A DNA stretch of 64,000 nucleotides from a virus. The notes below the pieces were generated by a model. The model was not told the DNA's origin. It saw only the letters and a program-made list of their open reading frames with translations, and did not search any database. A program made the translations under genes and the position numbers. Below are positions 8,877-19,375 of this stretch, one piece after another. Location: positions 1 to 64,000 of IMG/VR virus record IMGVR_UViG_3300035698_025127. One strand, written 5' to 3'. The first letter of the stretch is position 1; every line of letters begins with the position of its first letter.

Positions 8877-11800
8877 ATGGCTTTTTCAAGATACGATGCT
8901 CGTGAAGGACAAACTGTTAGATTATATATGCGGTTTTTTGCAAATGGAGTTTTGGTGGATCCAGATTCTTTAGGTAAAGTATATATAACACCCAGTAATG
9001 AAGTGGGAACTATCATAGGATATTTTAGTGCACCCATAAAATATGATACTGGTGTTTATTATATTGACTGGCGGGTTCCATCTACAGATATTAATTCTCC
9101 TTACTATAATGCTTTATTTGCAGAATATGTAAATATTAGAGGAAAAAGAACATTTAGTGATGTCTGGACAAATATTACTATAAACGGGTCTACTTTTACA
9201 CAAACGGGAGATTTTTATATTTCTGTTGTACAATCGTCCGAATTTAGTACAGATAATTTGTTATCATTTGATTTTGAACTTTTAAATACCGAGATCCCAA
9301 AGGGGTCTATTGATTATATAGTAATGCGCGCAAGTGAAAAAAGCAATAAACTTGTAAATGGCTCATCTGAATTCCCCGAAGGTGAAATAGTTGTACAAAG
9401 AGACGAATCTTTTATTCGTTCGTGGAGCCCTGCATCTCACAATCAAAATAGTAGTGATTATGCATATTTGTTAGATACTAGCAATTTAGATATCGGGCGT
9501 TATGCTACAAAAGTACGCTTAAATGTACCTGAAAAAACTATTGACAGTGCAGCGGAATTAATTGGCACTCGATCATTAGTTGGTGGTTATTCCCCCAATT
9601 CAGATCAAATTCAAAATTTAGATATAACTGTTGATGGTGTCAAACGTTCTGTGATTTTTGACAGTAATGCAACAAGGGGCTCAATTCAAGGTGCATCTCA
9701 AACGTGGGCTAATTATGCTCGTTTGGAGAGTACTTCTGCTGTGGCAAGTAGTTCGACATTGCTAAATGGAATTACTGCTACATTTAAGATAAATGGTAGA
9801 ACATTGCCGGTTACTTTTGGAAGCACCCGAAGCGTTATAGCCTCCTCTCTGAGTGGCGGTAAGGTTCTTTTGCAATTTTCTGCAAGTCGCCCAGAGGCTT
9901 TACAGCCGGGCGATACTATTTATCGTATTGATAACCCTGCTGTTTTTTCAACTGTATTTAGTTTATCAGCAAATACAAATGAAGTTATTTTGGATACAGT
10001 AACTTTAGGTAATTGGACGGCACCATTTGACGTTGGGTTAAATATCGCTTTAACACCTGATGATATTGTTTCACAAATAAATACGCAAGCTATTGCCAAT
10101 TTAGGATATTCTGTTGCGGAAACATTTAATGATGGTGGCGTAAAACTTAGATTGTTTTCAAAAGACAGGGGAAGTTTTACATATAATGAAACTATTCCAT
10201 CAACTTCGTCTACAGGCATTGGTTATGTTGAAATTGTATCTGTATCACATGCCTCAAAAACTGCAGATTTTCAAAATACTACAAAATGGACAGTTGGTGA
10301 TATTGCATATTGTAATGATTATGTGGCAACCGTTTCTCCAAGTAATATAAATAACTTGTTAAAAATAGGTGTTGACCCTACGAATATCGGATTTACATAT
10401 CAGAATATTTCATTTCCTACGGGATACTGGGATAGAGGAGATATAGTAGATTTTATCAATGGTTCGGCCCCATATAATCAAGCTCAAATTGTTAGTGAAA
10501 GGGCAACAGACATTTTTGCCACGTCTGGCAAAATATTTGCAATTACGTCAAATGCAATTGCTGGCGGCACGGTTTCTGAAAGTGTAACATTTACTGGCAC
10601 TGATCCTATAGGTATTGCCGATATTGTTACTCAAATGGATACTGCATTTACTTTGTTAAATGTTACTGTTGACACCGTATTAGTTGGCGGGGCAAATAGA
10701 TTGCGAATAACTTCCAATGAAATTGGTGCTAGTTCTATTTTGGTAATTGCAAGTGATAGTGGTACTGGTGGAAATTTAGAATTAGGATTTACTGAGGGCG
10801 ATGAATCAACTGGCGGTGATCGTTTGTATGGTGCCATTGCTGAATTAATAACAAATAATAGATTAAAAATAACTGGGGATATTGCTGGTTCTGATTCTAA
10901 ATTATATTTAGACTCTGAATCAAACGGTTCTGTGGCAAATAGCATTTTAAGACTTTCTTCTGGAAGTGTAACGGTTTCAGGAACTGATTCTGCTGGCGCG
11001 CAGGTAACTGGAAATAATGGGAACCCTATTGTTGCTATTTCTCCAAGCACAAGTGCAAGCGTTAATAGTGCAATTATCCCGACAGCAGGAATTGATTTAA
11101 ATGATACTTATTTAAATTTGCAAATTGATGACGCGAAATTTTTAGTTGAATTTGAAAATACAAAAACTGCTGCAAGCATTTTGGGCGATTCTACTATTTA
11201 TAGTACAACATTTCCGACTTCGTTTAAGCACTACTATGAAACATCTGGCATTACTCATAAGCCTATTCAGCGTTATTTAGCTACTACTGCTGGTGGCGGA
11301 TTAATTGACGCTGATGGTAGTTCTGATGATGGTTATTTTGGTGTGAATCCGGGTAATTCTGAAACTGACTTTAGAGGTTTTATGCATGTACCGGGCTCAC
11401 CTATTTATGGGCATTGGTCATATATTACAAAATACCCAACACCGGCGTCTTCAATAAGTTATTTAGGCTGGCCTTTGGCACCGACATTAGCTTTAAGCAT
11501 AAAAAATGATGTTGAAAGTATATCTTATATAACCAAAAATTATGTTGATGCTTCAAATCATGTGGATGTTGGGGGTGTTATTCATGGAATCATGAAAGTA
11601 ACAGGCGTTCCTAATACTACAAGTTATATTAGTGCGTTTGAACCTATATCATCACTTGCAACAACATTAAGAAGTACTAGCGGATTTGAATTAAATGCTT
11701 CATTTGGTAATTATAGCATGTTTGATATTGCTGTTAAATTGGATTTACAATTAACACCAATTGCTTACGGGAATCCTGTTGTAAGAAGTTCGTCTACAAT

Positions 11801-14800
11801 TGGTGCATTCAGATATAAAACGGCTGATGATTGGTATCTATTAGACTTATCTAATGTAAATGATACTATTGAAATTGGCAATATAATTACAATTAATGGT
11901 GTGGGTCCCGCCATGATTACAGATGTATATTCTCGTGTTGATGATATTCTTATTGCTTCAAGCGTAGAACATACAAATAACAAATTAAGTATTCGTGCCA
12001 ATAGCGTCCCTGTATTGCCTTTAACAAGACTTGCTGAATTTGATACTACTTCATCTCAATCAATTGGGGATATTGTAAGCGAACTTAATACCGAATTATG
12101 GTCATATGGTGATAGTATTCGGGCGGACCAATCAGGCAATAAATTGTTATTAGAAAGTAATATTTTTGGCAATGATTCTCATGTGGAATTAAATAGCGAT
12201 ATTTTTGACGGTGGTGCATTACCTTTGTTAGGCATACAGCAAGATTCTACTGTCTTTACATATGATACGGCGGCTGTCACTACCTATCAAGTTTTATATG
12301 TTGAATTTGATGATACAGATTTGTTTTATTATATTGATGATATTGTAGGAGCAGAAACTGTTGCATTAGCTATTACTGATAGCGCTTTGGGTGCTGGCAA
12401 TTTAATTGGTGGTTTTGTATACGCCTCTAATACTTATGATGTTTTTGGTAATGCAATAGGCGTCAATAAAGGCAGAGCATATTTGTTAGTCGAGGTAACT
12501 GTGCCGTTTACAACCGGAGCCACAATAAGTGGGATGTCCGCCGGTACAGCTCCGGTTACAACTAAGGCTGTAACCCAAACTACATCGGCGGCTTCTTATG
12601 GTCAATATGTATTTGAAATGTTTGGTGTTATACCTGAATTGAATAATGGATATGGCGGTTATATTACATCCTCTAATGCGACAACATTTTCTGCTCTGTC
12701 TAAAAGCGGAGCAAGACCGTTTATTGGTGCCGGACAAGAAACTATATATTTTGTTTTTGATGATTTTTCTGGTGGTGAACCTGCGGGATTTTATATTGTA
12801 ACTGATATAGATAGAACAGGCAAAGAAAGTATCGGAACTGATACGCCTCTAGTTTCTGGTGAAATCACAACACAAATTAATGCTGCCGCATCTATGGCTG
12901 GATTAACATATTCGCCCGCAAGCGTAACAGCTGCAAACAGAATAACACTAGATTCGCAATTATATGGTGAAGATAGCATTGTAGCTTTGTGGCAAAAAAT
13001 ACCTGCTTTAACAGTGGGAGCTCTTAATGCTCAGGCTGCATTAGGGTTCTGGAATGATATGACAGATATTTTTTGCCCGGTTTCGAGATTAAATGATCCT
13101 TCGCCGGCCGGAATTGCAGCAATACCTACATCTGTTACTATTACAAATGATAATACAGCAACGGCAGCAGCTCCCAGCAATGCAACAATTGATAGTATTT
13201 CGCCATTGTACGACCCAGTTACATTAACAGATATGTTGGTGTTGGATGTTTCAAGTGTTAATCCTGCGTTGCCTATAACATGGACCGGCATAGAAGCATT
13301 TCCTGTTGCTAGTGCAACTCCGAGTGGTTCTGATTTAGATATTACAATTACAGGTGTTATTCCAACATGGTTAGATATTGGAAGTTATGCAATTATTAGT
13401 GATACTGTGCTTGGTAGGGTAATTAATGCTGCTACTATTAAAATTGAAGGTGAAGCTGCAAATGCAGCATTGTGGAATGGCAGTACGGTGAGATTTAGTA
13501 ATGGTTGGCCAACAGAAGGTGATTTGACAATTGCTACAAGTACCAATTATTTGCAAGGCGGATATTGGGGATATGGTTCATGGGGCACAACTGGAAATGA
13601 TTTATGGAAAATAGATGTAAACGGTACTGAATACTCAACTCGTATCAGCAGTATTACAAGTTATTCGCAATTAGCTTCTTTTTTAACATCAGATTTAAGT
13701 CCGGTAACGGTTTCTGAAAGTAGTGGCGACTTATCGTTTTTGACAAATGCTAGTGGCGCATCAATTGAAATGAGGGTAAAAGGAGGATTGGAAAATTCAT
13801 CCGGTTCAGAAGAATTCGGGTTCGGAAATAATGCAGTATTAAAACTGGCAGATTCAAACGGGACTCTATTTACAACATTTATCGGATATCAATTATATTG
13901 TACAACAGATCCAACATGGAGTGCCATACTTTTAGAAATTGTTGATTTTAAAACTTTGATTATTGGTGGGGCTACTCATTCATTGGGCTCAGGCCTTACT
14001 ATCGGTGTAATTGGTGACACTACTGGCTTAACTTCTATATTAGCAACTAACCCCATGACAGATAATAACTTTTGGCATTATGCCGAGCTACAAAGTTTAG
14101 AACCGATTGATATTTCTACCGATTTTGATATTAATAACGATACTTTATCGTTAAAGGGCTCTGATGGGAATACTGCAAATATTCGTATGGGTGATAATAC
14201 GTATACTCGGTCCGGATTGTTAAATTTTCTAAATATGGACAGAATCGGTACTACACTTTATGACCCTGCTTTAATAAGTGGGAATATGTTGATACATGAC
14301 TATGGTCTTGTAAGTGGCGGTGGTAGAATTATTGACAGGCTTGAAGGTACTAATACGGTAAGATTAAAAACAGCAAAAAGCAATGTAATTACCACAAGCG
14401 GTAATTTAGGCACAACATTAGGGAGAAAAGTAAGTTATGGCGTTGGACCGTCATATGGTTGGATTGTTGGGTATTATTTATCCGGTGGCGTTCGTCATTA
14501 TGGCATTTTAGCAGATTTAGCATATAATGCGCCACTAAACGGCGATTCAATTACGAATATTACAGATTCCTTGTCAACTACGGTTTCTAGTATTTTGGCA
14601 GATAAATCAAAATTTCAGTATGGCAAGCCAGTTGAAATTTATGAACTGTTAGGTATTGATTACGTAAGTGTTGCTTCGGCTGGCAATACTACATTTATTC
14701 AGACTCCAGAATTTTATTGTGACGCAACTTTTAATTTGAATATGCGTGACAAGTGGGTTGCGGGTAGTTTTGAAGCCGATACTGTACCACATGAATATTT

Positions 14801-15950
14801 TGGTTCTTTGACTGTTTTAGACAGTTCTGTGACAACAGCATGGGGGCCACTTAAACTTGATTCGGTAATGGGCAATGATGGACTGTATTACCGTGTAGGT
14901 GGCTCAGACATTGAAAATCTGACCCAATACCCATATTCGCGCGGTACAGCCGCTCTACCGCCTGTTCTGATCGGTTTAGAGCCTATTGACCCAAGTTCGT
15001 GGATAACTGGATATGTAAATTCTGTTGGTAAGTTTCGTTTTGATGACGAGGCAACTTTGGTAACATCAGAATTAAATGCAGGAAGTCCTCCGAAACAAAT
15101 GACGTTATGGAGTATTGTAGATGGATTAAATGGTTATGGAACTGCTTTAGGTGTAAATGCCACATATCCTTTAACGTGTCTGTCGGGCTATAACGTGCTT
15201 ATTTTTGATGTAGATAGTGTTGCAACGAATGTTAATGTTGTTTTTACGGTTGGGACAACATATACACTTGATTCTATTGTAGATATTATAAATACTGCAA
15301 TAACAGGTACGGGCGCAACTGCTTTAGCTGTAAATTTCGATGGGCAATTACTTATTAAGTCAACTACTTCGGGCGCAACTAGCAAAATAGTCATTTATGA
15401 CTATACAAATGGTTCGACAATTAATGGCTGGCTGGGATATTCGTGGTTGGGCCAACAAAGTATTGCATATGCGGGCAAACAGCTTGACATAAGTGGTACG
15501 GAACGCGGACTTGCATTAATTAATCAACATATTGCCGATAGTGGTCAAATAACTATTGCATCACTGAATCTTGCTAGTTCATCACAGATATCAGCTGTTG
15601 AAGTAGAATCTATATTTAATGGTTCAAATATCAATAAATTGTTAGGATTTAACCAGTTAGGATTTGGACCGGGATATGGTTTTGTTTCTGACACTACATA
15701 TTCAATAGATAATATTGTTAGCTTAGTAAATGCTCAGTATGGCGGACTAGATGTGGCAAGTAATTCAGGGAATGCCCTGAAATTAACATCACTTGTGCAG
15801 GGTTCAACTGCAAATATTACTATTTTTGCATCATCAAGCGTAGAAGTTAAACGGTTATTCGGATTAACACCACAAACTGTTATTGGCACAAGTCAGTCAT
15901 TTGTTAACCAAACAATAGTTTCACCGTGGGTATATTTCGATGTCGTGTAG
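8877..15950 (+). CDS. Giant modular virion protein (Ig-like N-terminal domains plus repeated IN-motif modules)
   Basis: 2357 aa; N-terminal TGVYYIDW Ig-like domain; at least six repeats of I(V)xx(I/L)N...(L/I)xLxSxxxGxxSxI. Confidence 0.7.
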   Translation: MAFSRYDAREGQTVRLYMRFFANGVLVDPDSLGKVYITPSNEVGTIIGYFSAPIKYDTGVYYIDWRVPSTDINSPYYNALFAEYVNIRGKRTFSDVWTNITINGSTFTQTGDFYISVVQSSEFSTDNLLSFDFELLNTEIPKGSIDYIVMRASEKSNKLVNGSSEFPEGEIVVQRDESFIRSWSPASHNQNSSDYAYLLDTSNLDIGRYATKVRLNVPEKTIDSAAELIGTRSLVGGYSPNSDQIQNLDITVDGVKRSVIFDSNATRGSIQGASQTWANYARLESTSAVASSSTLLNGITATFKINGRTLPVTFGSTRSVIASSLSGGKVLLQFSASRPEALQPGDTIYRIDNPAVFSTVFSLSANTNEVILDTVTLGNWTAPFDVGLNIALTPDDIVSQINTQAIANLGYSVAETFNDGGVKLRLFSKDRGSFTYNETIPSTSSTGIGYVEIVSVSHASKTADFQNTTKWTVGDIAYCNDYVATVSPSNINNLLKIGVDPTNIGFTYQNISFPTGYWDRGDIVDFINGSAPYNQAQIVSERATDIFATSGKIFAITSNAIAGGTVSESVTFTGTDPIGIADIVTQMDTAFTLLNVTVDTVLVGGANRLRITSNEIGASSILVIASDSGTGGNLELGFTEGDESTGGDRLYGAIAELITNNRLKITGDIAGSDSKLYLDSESNGSVANSILRLSSGSVTVSGTDSAGAQVTGNNGNPIVAISPSTSASVNSAIIPTAGIDLNDTYLNLQIDDAKFLVEFENTKTAASILGDSTIYSTTFPTSFKHYYETSGITHKPIQRYLATTAGGGLIDADGSSDDGYFGVNPGNSETDFRGFMHVPGSPIYGHWSYITKYPTPASSISYLGWPLAPTLALSIKNDVESISYITKNYVDASNHVDVGGVIHGIMKVTGVPNTTSYISAFEPISSLATTLRSTSGFELNASFGNYSMFDIAVKLDLQLTPIAYGNPVVRSSSTIGAFRYKTADDWYLLDLSNVNDTIEIGNIITINGVGPAMITDVYSRVDDILIASSVEHTNNKLSIRANSVPVLPLTRLAEFDTTSSQSIGDIVSELNTELWSYGDSIRADQSGNKLLLESNIFGNDSHVELNSDIFDGGALPLLGIQQDSTVFTYDTAAVTTYQVLYVEFDDTDLFYYIDDIVGAETVALAITDSALGAGNLIGGFVYASNTYDVFGNAIGVNKGRAYLLVEVTVPFTTGATISGMSAGTAPVTTKAVTQTTSAASYGQYVFEMFGVIPELNNGYGGYITSSNATTFSALSKSGARPFIGAGQETIYFVFDDFSGGEPAGFYIVTDIDRTGKESIGTDTPLVSGEITTQINAAASMAGLTYSPASVTAANRITLDSQLYGEDSIVALWQKIPALTVGALNAQAALGFWNDMTDIFCPVSRLNDPSPAGIAAIPTSVTITNDNTATAAAPSNATIDSISPLYDPVTLTDMLVLDVSSVNPALPITWTGIEAFPVASATPSGSDLDITITGVIPTWLDIGSYAIISDTVLGRVINAATIKIEGEAANAALWNGSTVRFSNGWPTEGDLTIATSTNYLQGGYWGYGSWGTTGNDLWKIDVNGTEYSTRISSITSYSQLASFLTSDLSPVTVSESSGDLSFLTNASGASIEMRVKGGLENSSGSEEFGFGNNAVLKLADSNGTLFTTFIGYQLYCTTDPTWSAILLEIVDFKTLIIGGATHSLGSGLTIGVIGDTTGLTSILATNPMTDNNFWHYAELQSLEPIDISTDFDINNDTLSLKGSDGNTANIRMGDNTYTRSGLLNFLNMDRIGTTLYDPALISGNMLIHDYGLVSGGGRIIDRLEGTNTVRLKTAKSNVITTSGNLGTTLGRKVSYGVGPSYGWIVGYYLSGGVRHYGILADLAYNAPLNGDSITNITDSLSTTVSSILADKSKFQYGKPVEIYELLGIDYVSVASAGNTTFIQTPEFYCDATFNLNMRDKWVAGSFEADTVPHEYFGSLTVLDSSVTTAWGPLKLDSVMGNDGLYYRVGGSDIENLTQYPYSRGTAALPPVLIGLEPIDPSSWITGYVNSVGKFRFDDEATLVTSELNAGSPPKQMTLWSIVDGLNGYGTALGVNATYPLTCLSGYNVLIFDVDSVATNVNVVFTVGTTYTLDSIVDIINTAITGTGATALAVNFDGQLLIKSTTSGATSKIVIYDYTNGSTINGWLGYSWLGQQSIAYAGKQLDISGTERGLALINQHIADSGQITIASLNLASSSQISAVEVESIFNGSNINKLLGFNQLGFGPGYGFVSDTTYSIDNIVSLVNAQYGGLDVASNSGNALKLTSLVQGSTANITIFASSSVEVKRLFGLTPQTVIGTSQSFVNQTIVSPWVYFDVV

Positions 15951-16419
15951 CAAAAAATTATATTGTTATCTTGACGATGTTGTTATAACAACACCAAACG
16001 TTTTTTGCCAAAAGAGTACTAAACTTAGACCGGTTTTAGATATTGAATCGGTATGTTATATAGGAGATTGTTTTATGCCAGCAAATGAGTATAATTTAGA
16101 TATGGTTAGAGGCATGTATAAGGAATTCGCTTTTGTGCTTGAAAGCCAACGTGATATTTCAGATGCCGTAAATATTGTAATGACGCTAAAAAGGCATGTA
16201 AATGACGAGGATAGTGCAATTATATTACAAAAGTCATATGATTCCACAAAATCGGACTTGGCTGCCGGGCACATTGTCTTTAAATTTGTTAGTTCCGATA
16301 CAAAAAGTTTGGATTTGCGTACGTATTCTTATGACGTACAACTTGAAATGACTTCTGAAGAAATCTATCAAGTTGCCGTTGGCAATCTTGCTCTACAGAA
16401 AAACATTTATAGGCGATAA
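15940..16419 (+). CDS. BppU-like Ig-fold baseplate protein (alternative start 16075)
   Basis: RGMYKEFAF..DISDA..IVMTLK..SSDTKSLDLRTYSYDVQL; AGGAG RBS before ATG 16075. Confidence 0.55.
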   Translation: MSCSKKLYCYLDDVVITTPNVFCQKSTKLRPVLDIESVCYIGDCFMPANEYNLDMVRGMYKEFAFVLESQRDISDAVNIVMTLKRHVNDEDSAIILQKSYDSTKSDLAAGHIVFKFVSSDTKSLDLRTYSYDVQLEMTSEEIYQVAVGNLALQKNIYRR

Positions 16420-17003
16420 TGGACTACTTTGATAATAAGACGATAACGGCTGCAGTATTGCAGTATCAAGCAACTGGAAATTACAGAATTTTGGAAGAAT
16501 GCGCTGATTCATTTAGGAAACTTGTGGTCGGCATTATACATACGCATAAGTTTTATGCGTATCAGAGCATAGTATATGATGATCTGGTGCAGGAAGGTTT
16601 AGTAGCAGTTTTAGAAGCTATTAGTAAATATAATGATCAAACGAAATCGAGTCTATTTTCTTATTTGTCTTTGGCTGTTAAATATACACTCATAGATTAT
16701 ACAAAGAAAAATGGTAGAGAAACTAATCATTTAGGTACTTCCGAAGATTATTCTTGTAATACAGATTATTTAGATGAACTTGTTGGTTGCATTAACAAAA
16801 TTGGGGATATTAGATTATCATTTCCGAGACCATTACATGATCTTATGGAAGTTGTATTTGATCTAATTGACAATCTTATTGACCGTGGCTATTCTATTCC
16901 GTTTGGTGATCTTATTGTGTATTTAATGCACGAAACAAATGCATCGCGTTTGCAAATTGAAAATATCATGAAACATATTCGTACGAAAGCATATATTAAA
17001 TAA
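16419..17003 (+). CDS. Phage RNA polymerase sigma factor (late, gp55-like)
   Basis: sigma70 region 2 signature YDDLVQEGLVAVLEAISKYN...SLFSYLSLAVK; N-terminal DYFDN. Confidence 0.8.
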   Translation: MDYFDNKTITAAVLQYQATGNYRILEECADSFRKLVVGIIHTHKFYAYQSIVYDDLVQEGLVAVLEAISKYNDQTKSSLFSYLSLAVKYTLIDYTKKNGRETNHLGTSEDYSCNTDYLDELVGCINKIGDIRLSFPRPLHDLMEVVFDLIDNLIDRGYSIPFGDLIVYLMHETNASRLQIENIMKHIRTKAYIK

Positions 17004-17224
17004 TGAAAAAGAAAAAACCAATATCTAAAGAGGAAATTGCCAGATTGGTAAAACAAGCCACGGCACGTTTAGCAACGCCAGAAGGTCAAGAAGAACTAAG
17101 AAAAGCATTTGAAAGGGGCAAAAAGGAAGCTAAAAGAATTCGAGAAGTGGCAAAACCTGGCCCTGAAATAATGAAAATACCTTTCAGCCCTGTTAATGGC
17201 GGTTGTTGGTCTGATTATAAATAA
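17003..17224 (+). CDS. Hypothetical basic protein
   Basis: 73-aa ORF coupled by TAATG. Confidence 0.55.
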   Translation: MKKKKPISKEEIARLVKQATARLATPEGQEELRKAFERGKKEAKRIREVAKPGPEIMKIPFSPVNGGCWSDYK

Positions 17225-17227
17225 CAA

Positions 17228-17584
17228 TTAGTATGCAGTATGCGACATATACAAGGGGGAACTATTAAAAGACGGCTTATTAGTCGTCTTTGTTTTTATT
17301 AAGGCTTTGTTTTTACTGATAATTTCTTTTGCCATACCCTCTTTGTATCTCATTTTACAAAGATATGTATCACCTCTATAATGTTTTTTGTTTATACGAC
17401 ATTCTACCATAATTCCGGTAGATGCATCTATATATGCTATATCTTTAGATTTTTCGTAATTATGGTTACATACTGCTATTGTAAAAAATATACCGAGTGT
17501 ACAGGCTATCAGTATAATAAGAAATCCTAGGCCAGTCGTGGGATCTGACGAATCATTGTCCGAATGTCGATGTGCTAAGGGCAT
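17228..17584 (-). CDS. Hypothetical membrane-anchored protein
   Basis: 118 aa, one TM segment (LGFLIILIACTLGIFFTIAV); own sigma70-type promoter. Confidence 0.6.
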   Translation of the reverse strand: MPLAHRHSDNDSSDPTTGLGFLIILIACTLGIFFTIAVCNHNYEKSKDIAYIDASTGIMVECRINKKHYRGDTYLCKMRYKEGMAKEIISKNKALIKTKTTNKPSFNSSPLYMSHTAY

Positions 17585-17664
17585 TTAATGTGTTTGTTTG
17601 TTCCTTGTATTATAATTCATTTATTTATCCTTTCGGTATAAGTTTATTTTTTAATACTTAATTA

Positions 17665-17692
17665 AGTATAGCACATTTTTTTCAAATGTCAA
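17665..17692 (-). promoter_or_regulatory. sigma70-type promoter TTGACA-16nt-TATACT with extended -10 TG
   Basis: Reverse complement reads TTGACA tttgaaaaaaatgTGc TATACT. Confidence 0.65.
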
Positions 17693-17708
17693 GTAAAAAA
17701 AGTATAAC

Positions 17709-17717
17709 CGAAGATAA
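17709..17717 (+). promoter_or_regulatory. Candidate late-promoter motif CGAAGATAA
   Basis: At head of the packaging/head operon, just before GAGG RBS and ATG 17734. Confidence 0.55.
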
Positions 17718-17733
17718 AGTAGAGGTTATAGAT

Positions 17734-18150
17734 ATGGAAGAAACTAAAAAACGCATTGTATTACCCGATGGAAGCATTACAACATTGGACGAAATTCTGA
17801 CTAGTCTTGTTGATTTAACAGGCGATCAGCAATTTGACATTTTCATCACAACCATTTTGAAAGAATTTAATGACTTGCGCGAAGAGGCCGATAATATTTA
17901 CGAAATGGCAAGAGCAAGTTCTGAATCAACTAAAGAATTTACCTATATGAATGTACAGCTAAAGGCATTAAGCATTAAGCAAAAAGCTCTTGAAAAAGCT
18001 GCTGAAGTAATAAAAATGGTTGTAAACTACAAAATACAACTTTCAAAGAGGGCTATTATAAGTAAAGTATCTGATTCTGAAGACGATTCTGAGAATGAAG
18101 GAAACTTATATGGTAATTTGCTAAAAATAGTAGATGGCGGTAAAAGCTAA
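17734..18150 (+). CDS. Helical protein, possibly terminase small subunit
   Basis: GAGG RBS favours start 17734; coiled-coil; first gene of operon containing the terminase. Function inferred from position only. Confidence 0.4.
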   Translation: MEETKKRIVLPDGSITTLDEILTSLVDLTGDQQFDIFITTILKEFNDLREEADNIYEMARASSESTKEFTYMNVQLKALSIKQKALEKAAEVIKMVVNYKIQLSKRAIISKVSDSEDDSENEGNLYGNLLKIVDGGKS

Positions 18151-18521
18151 TGAATGTAAAAGATATATTGAACGTAGCTAATTATAATGGTGTATCTACC
18201 ATGTTGACAAACCCCGCGATTAACATGACAGGTGCAAATTTGCATACTCTGAATCAGTATGGGGTTGTATTTAAGGATTATACGTTTAAGCAAAGGCCAG
18301 ACTTATTAGCTGTTGTACTGGCTATTTATAATCGTGAAAAAATAGATTTTTCAAAATACGAGATTCTAATACAACAGGCATTAGACCAAAAACTAATAAT
18401 GCATAATCGCAGTAGCAAAATACCTTATGCTATAACGTCTTTGGGCAAAAAATTTGCCACAATGAATAAAACCAACATTGACAGTATTCCGTGGATGGCG
18501 GGGTATTTAGCGAGGATTTAA
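18150..18521 (+). CDS. Hypothetical protein
   Basis: 123-aa ORF, TAATG coupling. Confidence 0.6.
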   Translation: MNVKDILNVANYNGVSTMLTNPAINMTGANLHTLNQYGVVFKDYTFKQRPDLLAVVLAIYNREKIDFSKYEILIQQALDQKLIMHNRSSKIPYAITSLGKKFATMNKTNIDSIPWMAGYLARI

Positions 18522-18522
18522 G

Positions 18523-19068
18523 ATGAGCAGAGTAGGAATGCCTAAAGACCAAACACAGTTTTTTATTGAAGAGGTTCAGGAATTAAAGAGCTGGCACCGT
18601 ATTATGTTAAGGGGTGCAATAGCTGGTATAATGTTTGGAGTAGTTTTTGCAGTTTTTATTAGTATATGGGGGAGTTCTGTAATTATCGGGGCAACCGGGG
18701 AATGGATGCCCGAATTTGCAGAGCTTTCGAGGGTAGTATCTAAAGTAGTAGAGTTATTTGCATTTTGTGTTTTTGGGATTGGTGGTGCAGTTGCAACAAA
18801 AAAAATGGGAGTAATTGGATTATATTCATTAATCAAGGAACATATGGAAAGAGTAGATAAGAGCCCGCAAAAAGATATAGATGACGTTATCGGATTTACT
18901 TGTGAACGTTGCGGAACTTTTATTAGTAACGGTGAGCTCGAGATGATACAAAAAGGCGCACCTATTGCCCACCCTAATGCTATGTGCGAAATGGCAAATG
19001 GAACGGGCAAATGTTTATATGCATGGGCGCGCGATAATTATAAAAATAATCAAGAAAAAGGAGAATAA
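18523..19068 (+). CDS. Two-TM membrane protein with Cys-rich C-terminus
   Basis: Hydrophobic GAIAGIMFGVVFAVFISIWG and VVELFAFCVFGIGG; CERC...C...C. Confidence 0.6.
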   Translation: MSRVGMPKDQTQFFIEEVQELKSWHRIMLRGAIAGIMFGVVFAVFISIWGSSVIIGATGEWMPEFAELSRVVSKVVELFAFCVFGIGGAVATKKMGVIGLYSLIKEHMERVDKSPQKDIDDVIGFTCERCGTFISNGELEMIQKGAPIAHPNAMCEMANGTGKCLYAWARDNYKNNQEKGE

Positions 19069-19069
19069 T

Positions 19070-19375
19070 ATGCCACGCGATGAAGCAAATAATACAGAAA
19101 AATATATTCACGTTGGAACCGATAAAAGTGAAACTGGCGAAATCCGCACAATTAATATCGAAAGAAATAGCGGTATTAAAGCATTATACAATATAACCAC
19201 AAAAGAAATAGTATCATTCCTTTTTTGCAAAGAAAAATGGGACGAAGGGCGTGCAAAAGAGTGGGTAAAAAAGAAATTGTCAGAAGAAATTGAAATTCCG
19301 TTAAGTGAAGTAGAATATTTAGCAAAAGAACTTATTAGACATAATAAGTATGAACTAGAGAAAAGTATTAAATAA
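19070..19375 (+). CDS. Hypothetical protein
   Basis: AAGGAG RBS before ATG 19070; IRTI..GIKA..SFLF.KEKW....AKEWV motif. Confidence 0.6.
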   Translation: MPRDEANNTEKYIHVGTDKSETGEIRTINIERNSGIKALYNITTKEIVSFLFCKEKWDEGRAKEWVKKKLSEEIEIPLSEVEYLAKELIRHNKYELEKSIK

